DNA from: an uncultured delta proteobacterium
GTDB taxonomy: Bacteria; Desulfobacterota; WTBG01
DNA length: 64,000 bases
Direction: 5' to 3'
NCBI GenBank assembly: GCA_963793865.1
Contig: CAWCBP010000004.1
Span: 128,001-192,000, forward strand
The position numbers were made by a program, and so were the translations under genes. The notes under the pieces were generated by a model that saw nothing but the letters and a program-made list of their open reading frames with translations, had not been told where the DNA came from and made no database searches. Of this stretch, positions 38,449 through 46,939 are shown one piece after another (the stretch's first letter is position 1; each line of letters starts with the position of its first letter).

Positions 38449-41316
38449 TGGTAGACTCCCCGTCATATATCTTCCTGTCCCAGGAAACAGCCCAGGTCAG
38501 CTCAAAGGTTTTTGACAGCCTGATCAATTGTTCGTAAGTGGCCCCGCCGATGGTGTGGCAGGCATAGGTGTTTTGCCGATATGCCCCCAGGCGGGGATAG
38601 ATGCTTGAACGCACCTCTTTGTCATATCGCAGCAGGTGTATCCAGTGAAGCGTCGGCGTGAGGGTAAGGCTCAGGTCGTGCGAGGGGCTGAAATAGTCCT
38701 TGTGCGATTCCCGGTTTCTCGAGTGGTACAGCTCGGCGCCGAGCCTGATCTTAAAGTCGGGGGTGTTGAGCACGCTCTGATCACCATAGAGCCTGTAGTA
38801 GGTATTGAGGTTCCCGTCATCGTACCAGATGTACCCGGTTCCGGCCCCGAAGTAGCGCTCATCGCTCTGGTGGAAGTGGACATTGAGGAAGGTGCTTTCG
38901 CCCTCTATGCCTTTTGCCCGCGCCCGCAGCGGTATGTCCAGGTAGAAGGAATCATAGCCGGCGTCAAGGCTGAGCCGGTCGGTCGGCCTCCAGGACAGGG
39001 TGGTGTAGTAGCCGAGCTCGTCAAACTCCTCAAAGTCAAAGGTTACCGCCTGCTTCCAGACCAGCTGCGGAAGGACGATCCATTCGTGCCCGATGCCCGC
39101 CCGCTTCCATTCAAACTCCTGCTTGCCTTCCGGCGTGTCCTCCTCCGAGGTTTCCTGCCAGACCACCTCCTGGTACAGCTTGAACAGCGGGTGCAGCGTC
39201 TCCTTGAGCGTTGATTTTATCCGGTACTCCGTCGCGCCCTCGTTCTCCTCGAGGAAGTCCGTTTCGGTTGAGAACTCATGCATGTCTTCAACCTGCAGCA
39301 TCTCATGCGTGTCCAGCACGTGTTTGTTGGTGGGAAACATCCGCAGCAGCTTTGCAGCCTCCGCCCTCGCCTCCTCTTTATAATTCAATTCGTTTAAAGC
39401 CAGTATGGTGCCGGTCTCGACATCGACATCCTTGGGATAGATGGCATGCGCTATTCTGAACTCTTCCAGCGCCTTCCTCGGCCATCCCCGCAGCAGGTAG
39501 GTGTGTCCCAGGCCCGCCCTGAAGCTGGTGTTCATGCCCGCCTGATTAACATACGATTCAAAATAATCTTCTGCCTCCCGCAGTTCATCGCGGTATACAA
39601 GATACCAGCCCTGTGCGCTCACCGCTTCGGGCCTTTGCCACTTGTGCAATTCCCTGCCGCTTTGCAGGCGCTCGTCAATGCGCTTCCAGGTTTGCCCGGC
39701 ATGCTCCCAATCCCGCAGGTCCTGGTAGGCGTAAAAAAGGCCCATCAGCGGGTTAAACGGGTCGGGCGGCCTTCTGTCCAGGCACTCTTTGTAAAGCGCC
39801 ACGGCCTGCTTCGGCTTTTCCAGATAGAGGCAGGCATCGGCAGCCGCATTCAGCGCCCAGTAGGGTATCTCCCTGTCCATGTCCTGAAGGATTTCATACT
39901 GCTCAAGCGCCTCCCTCATCCTGTCTTTTTCGCGCAGCGCCATGAGATAGTCACAGCGCGCCCTGAAGTTTGAGGGGTCATCGCGCAATTGCTTCTCCAG
40001 CAGGGGAATGGCCTCCGGTGCCTCCTTCCAGCGCAGCCGGTCCAGCGCCAGGTCTCCCTCAAGATCGGTGAAAAACTGTGCATCGGCAAGGCCTTCCCCC
40101 TTGAGCGCTCATAGGCATAGCTGGTAGCACCCAGGTCTGCAAAGCTCCTCATTTTCAGCTTGCGCGCCGTGCTATTCTGCGGATTCTTCCGGAGCAGTCC
40201 ATCGTATATCCCGGCTGCCTTTAAAAAATCACCCTGCTTTTCATGGAGAAACGCCTCCGCGAAAAGGGTTTCATTATAAAAGCAGCCGTTTTTCTTTGCG
40301 ATGCGCACTTCCTGCGCGGCTTCTTCAAACTGTCGTTTGTTTGACAATGGATAAACCATGCCGATATGGGCAAGACATGAATCCGGACGCTCCTTAATAA
40401 CCAGCTGGTATAAGGAAAGCGCCTCATCATCCCGTGCAGCTTTAAAATAGCCCCTGGCCATCTCCAGCAGAACCCCCGGGGGCAATTCGTCCTTTTCCGA
40501 AGGCCGGCGATTCATCACAATCTCGTATCGCCCGCTGTCCATGGCGATCATGTCATGCAGCGGCGGGATCGCCTGCTGCTCCCGCAAAAGCCCGTCCATC
40601 TCTTCATGCGAGAGAGCGGCTGCCGCCTGCCTCTTGCTGTCCTGCAGATCCTTAATGCGGGACTCGTTCTCTTCGGTCAGCAGCAATTGCATGGAAAGAA
40701 GGTACGCCTGCTTATGATTTCCCTCCTGCTGATGAATGTACATCTCCAGGGCGGAGAGCTGGGCGGGAACGAAAGAGCCGGCGAGTGCGCGCTGCTCAAA
40801 TGCCTGCCGCGCCCCGGTATAATCTTCCAGATGGCAAAGGCTGTAAACCAACCCCTTTAAGGCTTCGCCGTCAGACGGTTCACGCAGAAGGGATTGTTCG
40901 TATAAGTGCCTTGCCCTGTCGTAATCACCGGTCTCATAAAAAGCCTTGGCGGCATCTCTTCCAACATAGCTCAGGTTCTTAAGATCGTTCTCATGTCGCA
41001 GGTAAAAGTCTGCCGCCTGTTTGTAGGAACCGGTCCACACCAGGCAGAGCAGGTAATCCCCTTTAACCGGTACATTGCCCGGCGCTTTTTCCAGGGCGGA
41101 TTCCAAATGGGGCAGCGCCTCGCGGAACTTCTCCTGTTTTATCAATCGCAGTGCGGTCCTGTACTCGGCGCCGGTGTTTTTACCATAGCTCTTCTTTCCC
41201 ACGCCGGCTGCGGCTTCATCTGCAGCATAAGCCCGCATGACCGGGTTGAGCATGAGAGAGAGGAGGAGTATGAATAATCCAACCGTATACTTTTTTGCAC
41301 TCAGCAAACGAGCCAT
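38408..41316 (-). CDS. pgaA: PgaA-like TPR plus beta-barrel export porin, split by a frameshift at ~40098
   Basis: Signal peptide, TPR-rich region, RGWP, YFSP, YDG and terminal F. Adding one G to the run at 40096-40100 joins the two ORFs. Confidence 0.88.
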
Positions 41317-41516
41317 TGGTGATGTTTACAATAAGAACCGTTGTTTGTTGATGAACCGGTCGGTCTGACACGTGGTAACAGTAATTATCGGCATCCGTGC
41401 CGGCCGGCTTGAGCAAAAACTCCTTATTTCACGGAGGTTGCCGCACCTGAAGCTTCGTGCCGTCATATCATCGATCAAGGTGCGATCACGCACGGCTCCT
41501 CAGAAAAGAGATTCCC

Positions 41517-41545
41517 TTGACACATCAGGCTCACCCCCCTATACT
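41517..41545 (+). promoter_or_regulatory. Near-consensus sigma70 promoter
   Basis: TTGACA-N17-TATACT, directed towards the DUF4126 gene. Confidence 0.7.
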
Positions 41546-41683
41546 GATTTTATAAAGCAGAAACATGAGCCCGGGCGGCCTCAAGCGATTTTTTTCTCTC
41601 AGACTGCTTCAGGCCGCCTTGCCCATTGTAATGCCGCACATTTTTTATAGCGTTCTTTACGACACAAACACGAGACAGACCAC

Positions 41684-42315
41684 ATGAGCTTTTTTAGCAC
41701 ACTCGCGTTCGCACTGGGATCTGCCTGGGTATCGGGCATAAACCTCTATGCCTCGGTGGCAACGCTCGGTCTGCTGGGCCGCTTTGCGCATCTCCAATTG
41801 CCGGGGATCTTACGCTTTTGACCAACTGGTGGGTGATCGGGGTGGCGGTGGTACTGTACCTGATCGAGTTTATCGCCGACAAAGTGCCCGTGGTGGACAG
41901 CGCCTGGGACGCGATCCACACCTTTATTCGCGTCCCCGCCGGCGCGGCGCTCGCGGCGGCGTCATTCGGTGATTATGACAGGAGCTTTCAGCTGGTGGCG
42001 TTTCTGCTGGGGGGAGGGCTCGCATTAAGCTCGCACGGAACCAAGGCCGCCGCGCGCATGGTGGTCAACACCAGCCCGGAGCCGGTGACCAATGTGGCAG
42101 CGAGCCTGGGGGAGGATGTTCTCGCGGTGGGTTCGATACTGCTGGCCGCGTTTTATCCGCTGGTGCTGCTTATCGTGGTTGTGGCCGGTCTCATCATTTC
42201 GCTTTTTCTGCTGCCCCGAATAGTCCGGTATTTCAGAACGCTGCTGGCAAAGCTGCGCGGAGAAGGGGGGACGCCCTCAAAAATCGTAAGTTTTGCAGCA
42301 TCAGCAATGAATTAA
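41684..42315 (+). CDS. DUF4126-family membrane protein, frameshift at ~41805
   Basis: SGINLYA, EFIADKVP.VDS.WD.IHTFIR, NTSPEP..N...SLGED. Adding one G to GGGG 41803-41806 restores the frame. Confidence 0.85.
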
Positions 42316-42531
42316 GAATTTTAAGGGCGTCCCCTCCTTGCATAATATTCTTGCAGAGATGGACTGCTCCTTTTCTTTTTACGTGCCCTTCGTGCTATTT
42401 CTCTTGGTGAGCTTCGTGGTTAACATTAAGGGAACAAGGTGAAGGAAAAACGCTACCGTTTTATCGCAAATCCCACATCTCACATCACGGTTGAAGTTAT
42501 TCCACTTATCAGAGGAACGTCCCCAAATTCC

Positions 42532-42788
42532 TTAAGGCAATGCTGAAGAGTATTTTAATCTTCCGAACCGGTCACAATTTGTGACAGTTCATTCTTTTCC
42601 ACTTCAGTTAGCTGAAACATAAAATCACTGGGAATCTCATGTTCATTTCTTTTTACAGCCTGGTTCAATACTTTAGTGGAAACTCCATAAAGGTAAGCGA
42701 GGTCTTCTATCCAGCATGATCTATCAGGTCGCGAATTATAATATTTTTTGTTCGATTAAATTTCCCGGGCAACTATTTCTTCATTCAC
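42532..42788 (-). pseudogene. Decayed ORF6N-domain DNA-binding protein
   Basis: Fragments DLAYLYGVSTKVLNQAVKRN / RFPSDFMFQLT / VTNCDRF..LKYSS.LP in shifting frames, with stops; AT-rich. Confidence 0.85.
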
Positions 42789-42826
42789 TGTGGAACTCCG
42801 TCTTCTTCATCCGTAAGCACATACTG

Positions 42827-42842
42827 AGCAATTGTTATGCCA
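42827..42842 (-). promoter_or_regulatory. Putative sigma54 promoter upstream of the ORF6N pseudogene
   Basis: TGGCATAACAATTGCT, GG-N10-GC, near consensus. Confidence 0.6.
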
Positions 42843-42918
42843 TAAATTGAGACTGATGCAAGATACAGGATACATGCAGGAGGATGCTTTTGAACTGGTA
42901 ACTGTTAATTAACTTTTG

Positions 42919-43180
42919 AACCACGAAGCACGAAGGAGGCACTAAGCGCACGAAGAAAAAAAGAAAAGGATGCTGGCTACAAAGGCAGCGCAGTTGTAGT
43001 CGCAAGCTTTAGCATGCGTATTCTTTCCTGTCCGTTTGTTTCCCTTTTTATAAAATTAACGCAGGCTGAAGCCTGCGATACCAGCCTGCGATTACATTTT
43101 ACATCCGTCTCTTATATTCGCGGCTCAAGCCGCTCCTACCGGTTTTTTATTCTGTCCCCTGACCCCTGTCTTCTAAATTC
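42919..43180. repeat. Repeat hotspot: 9-mer CACGAAG array, inverted GTAGTCGCA-type REP pair, GTAGGAGCGG REP, heptamer patch
   Basis: 42921-42955; 42996-43018 facing 43060-43095; 43117-43139; ~43150-43175. Confidence 0.7.
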
Positions 43181-43217
43181 TCTCACAATTCAGCCCTTCT
43201 CTCGGACAAGCCTTCCA

Positions 43218-43736
43218 TCACCCGATGTCCTCTATCTCCACCTTCATGGTGGTGAGGTCAAGGATGGCGGCGGTGGCCCGCCCGCTCAGCCAGCCTCCGC
43301 CTTCGCCGGGATTGATAATCAGGGTCCCACCGGTTCTCACATCGATCTCGTGAGTGTGCCCGTAGATGATCACATCCACCCCGCCGCCCGCCGCTAATGC
43401 CTCCAGACAGGCAGGTTCGTGCATGAGCACAAACCGCTTGCCGCCGAATTCGCACTGGTGGGGCCCCACGGCAATGGTACCGAGCGGGCTGAAGGTTTTC
43501 TGCAGACCGATGCGCTCGCCGTCATTGTTGCCGAAGACAACCGTCATGCCGCAGGCGAGCTTTGAAAAATCACGAAACGTAAAAGGGGAAACAATATCCC
43601 CCGCGTGAAAAACCATTCCCACCGCCCGCCGGTTAAAGAGAGACACCGCTTTCTCAATTGCCCTGCGGTTATCATGGGTATCCGAGATGATGCCCACCAG
43701 GCTGCTGTCCGCCATGTCCCTTACCTCGAGTGCCAT
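43218..43736 (-). CDS. Metallophosphoesterase (YfcE/MJ0936 family)
   Basis: SDTH, HAGD, GNND, GHTH, NPG motifs. Confidence 0.92.
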   Translation of the reverse strand: MALEVRDMADSSLVGIISDTHDNRRAIEKAVSLFNRRAVGMVFHAGDIVSPFTFRDFSKLACGMTVVFGNNDGERIGLQKTFSPLGTIAVGPHQCEFGGKRFVLMHEPACLEALAAGGGVDVIIYGHTHEIDVRTGGTLIINPGEGGGWLSGRATAAILDLTTMKVEIEDIG

Positions 43737-43749
43737 TTACACAATGTGA

Positions 43750-45330
43750 TCAAAGGGTGATCTGCTTAACCGATATGACGTTGTCCAGTTTGGCAAGCCT
43801 GCGCAGCACCGCATCCTCCACCGGCTCATCCACGTGAATGAGTGAAATAGCCACGCCCCCGGCTGATTGCCTGCTCAAGTGCATTTTGGCAATATTGATC
43901 CCCCTGCTCCCCAGCGCCTTTCCGATGGCGCCGATCACCCCCGGCTTGTCATTGTTGTGCATAAGCAGGATGGTGCCCTCGGGCTCGGCCTCGGTCAGGA
44001 AGCTGTCAACCCGCACGATCCGCGGGTCTCCCCTGCCGAAGAGAGTGCCGGCGATGGAGTGCTCACCCTTTTCCGTTATGGTACGCAGGGTAATGAGGCT
44101 GGTGAAGCCTTCACTGTCCCTGGTCTTGACCTCGCTGACCCCGATCCCCCGCTCTTTTGCTATGGGAGCGGCATTGACGTAATTCACCCCCTCGGCGAGC
44201 GCACGTTCCAGAAGACCCTTTAATATGCAAATGGTAAGCGGGGCCTGATCGTACTCTGCCACCTCCCCGCTGTACTCCACGGTCACCTGCCGTATGCTGC
44301 CCTCTGCTGTCTGCGCCTGGAAGCTGCCCATCTTTTCCGCCAGGGTGAGATAGGGCCGCACCTGCTCCAGCATCTCCGGGCTCACCGAGGGAACATTGAC
44401 CGCATTGGTAATAATTCCCTTCTCCAGGTAATCCTTGACCTGCCGGACAATGGCTTCCGCTACCCGCGCCTGCCCCTGGGTGGTGGATGCCCCGAGATGG
44501 GGCGTGGCAATGACCTCATCGAGGCCGAGCAGGGGATTTCCTTCCGGCGGCTCATGCTCAAACACGTCAAGGGCGGCGCCGGCAACGATACCCTGCTTAA
44601 TGGCGTCGCAGAGATCCCCTTCATTGACGATCCCTCCCCGCGCGCAGTTGATAATGCGCACGCCCTTTTTCATTTGCTTGAATGCACGCGCATCGATCAG
44701 GTTCCTGGTGGAATCGGTAAGCGGGGTATGGACGGTAATATAGTCGGACTGCGCAAGCAGCTGCTCAAAGGTCACCCGGTCACCTCCCCTTTTTACCATG
44801 GCCTCCTCGGTGAGAAAGGGGTCAAACGCGATTACCCGCATTTTCAATCCCCGGGCACGGTCAGCCACCACCTGGCCGATATTGCCAAGACCGATGACGC
44901 CCAGCGTCTGATTGAACACCTCCACGCCCATGAATTTCTTCTTTTCCCACTTGCCCGATTTAAGCGAGGCCGCGGCCTGGGGGATATGACGGGACAGCGC
45001 CAGAAGCAGGCTTATGGCATGCTCCGCGGTGGTGATGGCATTGGCGCCCGGCGTGTTCATCACCACGATTCCCCTTCTGCTCGCGGCATCCACATCGATG
45101 TTATCGTAGCCGATGCCCGCCCGGCCGATGACCTTTAAGCGGGGGGCTGATGCCACAACAGCGGCTGTCACCTTGCTGGCGCTGCGGACGATGAGGCCCT
45201 CGTAGTCGGAGATTTTTTCCTTGAGCTCTTCGGGAGACAGGGATGCATAGACATCAGCCTTGATACTGCCTTCTCCCGCAAAGAGTGCGATGCCTTCCTT
45301 TTCCAGGCCATCCGCGATGAGTACCTTCAT
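43750..45330 (-). CDS. serA: D-3-phosphoglycerate dehydrogenase (long form with ASB/ACT domains)
   Basis: RAGIGYDNID, GLGNIG, NCARGG, TPHLGAST, DKPGVIG. Confidence 0.96.
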   Translation of the reverse strand: MKVLIADGLEKEGIALFAGEGSIKADVYASLSPEELKEKISDYEGLIVRSASKVTAAVVASAPRLKVIGRAGIGYDNIDVDAASRRGIVVMNTPGANAITTAEHAISLLLALSRHIPQAAASLKSGKWEKKKFMGVEVFNQTLGVIGLGNIGQVVADRARGLKMRVIAFDPFLTEEAMVKRGGDRVTFEQLLAQSDYITVHTPLTDSTRNLIDARAFKQMKKGVRIINCARGGIVNEGDLCDAIKQGIVAGAALDVFEHEPPEGNPLLGLDEVIATPHLGASTTQGQARVAEAIVRQVKDYLEKGIITNAVNVPSVSPEMLEQVRPYLTLAEKMGSFQAQTAEGSIRQVTVEYSGEVAEYDQAPLTICILKGLLERALAEGVNYVNAAPIAKERGIGVSEVKTRDSEGFTSLITLRTITEKGEHSIAGTLFGRGDPRIVRVDSFLTEAEPEGTILLMHNNDKPGVIGAIGKALGSRGINIAKMHLSRQSAGGVAISLIHVDEPVEDAVLRRLAKLDNVISVKQITL

Positions 45331-45402
45331 GCCTGACCTCCTTTTCCAGGTCCGTTTTCACGGGAACGACATGTTTTATTTTGTCCTTGCATCTTCCCGG
45401 GT

Positions 45403-45544
45403 GCCATCCCCGGCCCGTATCAACTGCGGGGTAAACTCCAGCGGGGATCCAGTATTTTATTCAGATGTAGGGGCGACCGGCCGGTCGCCCCTACCGATCA
45501 GATATTATTTTCGTGTTGAAGAAAAACAAGCAACAGCCTGCTAG
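45403..45544. repeat. Stacked repeats: ATCCCC...GGGGATCCAG hairpin, family D REP (45467-45494), family A end at the purF stop
   Basis: Read directly; CAACAGCCTG-CTAG at 45531-45544. Confidence 0.75.
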
Positions 45545-46920
45545 ATTATCGGATAGCGTCCATCAAAGCAGGATAAACAAAACTTCTCCCGGTCTAAGGG
45601 CATGGCTTTCATCATGCCCTCCGGGCTGAGGTATCCCAGGCTGTCGAGACCCATAAACCGGGCAATCTCATCAACGGAGTGGGAGGAGGCAATAAGCTCC
45701 TTGCGGGTGGGAAAATCGATGCCATAGTAACAGGGGTAGCGGTGGGGAGGACAGCTGACCCGCATGTGCACTTCCCGTGCACCGGCCTCCCGTAAATTTC
45801 TCACCCTGACCTTGCTGGTGGTGCCCCGGACAATGGAATCCTCGATAACCACAATCCGCTTGTCCTTGATGACTTCCTTGACCGGATTCAGCTTCACCTT
45901 CACCCCCAGGTCCCTGCTGATCTGGGTGGGCTGAATAAACGTCCGGCCCACGTAGTGATTCCTGGTAATGGCCATTTCAAAGGGTATGCCGGACGCTTCG
46001 GCAAAGCCGAGGGCGGCACAGTTGCCGGAATCAGGCATGGGTATCACCATATCCACGTTAACCGGCTGCTCCTTCGCCAGTTCCATGCCCAGCAGCTTAC
46101 GGGTCTGGTAGACGCCTCCTCCGAAAACCCTGCTGTCGGGCCGGGCGAAATAGATGAACTCAAATATGCAGAGCGTGGGCCGCGCCGCGGGAAAGGGCTT
46201 AAGCGAACGCAGCCCGTTTTCGTCGACGGTGACAATTTCCCCCGGCTCAACCTCCCGGACATAGTCGGCCTGGATGAGGTCCAGGGCGCAGGTTTCCGAG
46301 GCGAAGACGTAGGATCCATCAAGCATGCCGATGCAGAGCGGCCTCAATCCATGAGGATCCCTGATGCCGATCATCTCATGCTGCGTAAGCAGTACCAGGG
46401 CATAGGCCCCTTTAAGCTGGGGTAGGGCTTCAATCAGCGCGTCTTCGAGGACAGCGCCTTTTGAACGGGCGAGGAGGTGCACAATGATCTCGCTGTCCAT
46501 GGTGGACTGAAAGATCGACCCTGTTTTTTCCAGCGCCCGTTTGAGCTCAAGGGTGTTGACCAGGTTGCCGTTGTGGGCGATGGCAAGTGATCCCCGCAGG
46601 TACTCCACCTGGAAGGGCTGGGCATTTTTTATCTCCGAGCTGCCGGTGGTGGAATAGCGCACGTGACCGATGGCCCGGTCTCCTTTCAGCTTTTTCAGCC
46701 CCTCTTCATGAAAGATCTCGGGCACCAGCCCCATGCCCCGGTAGCCGGTGAGATGCTTCCCCTCGGAGACAACAATGCCCGCGCTCTCCTGCCCCCGGTG
46801 CTGCAGGGCATACAGGCCGAGGTAGGCAATGCGCGCGGCGTCTTCATGACCGAAGATGCCGAAGATGCCGCATGCTTCCCGCAGCGGCCGTTCCATCTCA
46901 TCTGCTGGTGTGTGGCTCAT
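45541..46920 (-). CDS. purF: Amidophosphoribosyltransferase
   Basis: EACGIFG, LQHRGQESAG, GHVRYSTTG, DSIVRG, YGIDFP, C..CF. Confidence 0.97.
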   Translation of the reverse strand: MSHTPADEMERPLREACGIFGIFGHEDAARIAYLGLYALQHRGQESAGIVVSEGKHLTGYRGMGLVPEIFHEEGLKKLKGDRAIGHVRYSTTGSSEIKNAQPFQVEYLRGSLAIAHNGNLVNTLELKRALEKTGSIFQSTMDSEIIVHLLARSKGAVLEDALIEALPQLKGAYALVLLTQHEMIGIRDPHGLRPLCIGMLDGSYVFASETCALDLIQADYVREVEPGEIVTVDENGLRSLKPFPAARPTLCIFEFIYFARPDSRVFGGGVYQTRKLLGMELAKEQPVNVDMVIPMPDSGNCAALGFAEASGIPFEMAITRNHYVGRTFIQPTQISRDLGVKVKLNPVKEVIKDKRIVVIEDSIVRGTTSKVRVRNLREAGAREVHMRVSCPPHRYPCYYGIDFPTRKELIASSHSVDEIARFMGLDSLGYLSPEGMMKAMPLDREKFCLSCFDGRYPII

Positions 46921-46939
46921 AGGCAATGATATCACTCCT

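Noticed and set aside
41317..41460. c-di-GMP riboswitch upstream of pgaA (CGGCA...CTCC-GTGAAATAA-GGAG...TGCCG)
   Set aside because: Some pairing exists, but the class I core (GGCAAAC/GAAA/ACGCAAAG) is not matched. An Infernal scan would be needed.
43014..43397. 127-aa plus-strand ORF
   Set aside because: Runs through REP sequence and antisense to the phosphoesterase gene.
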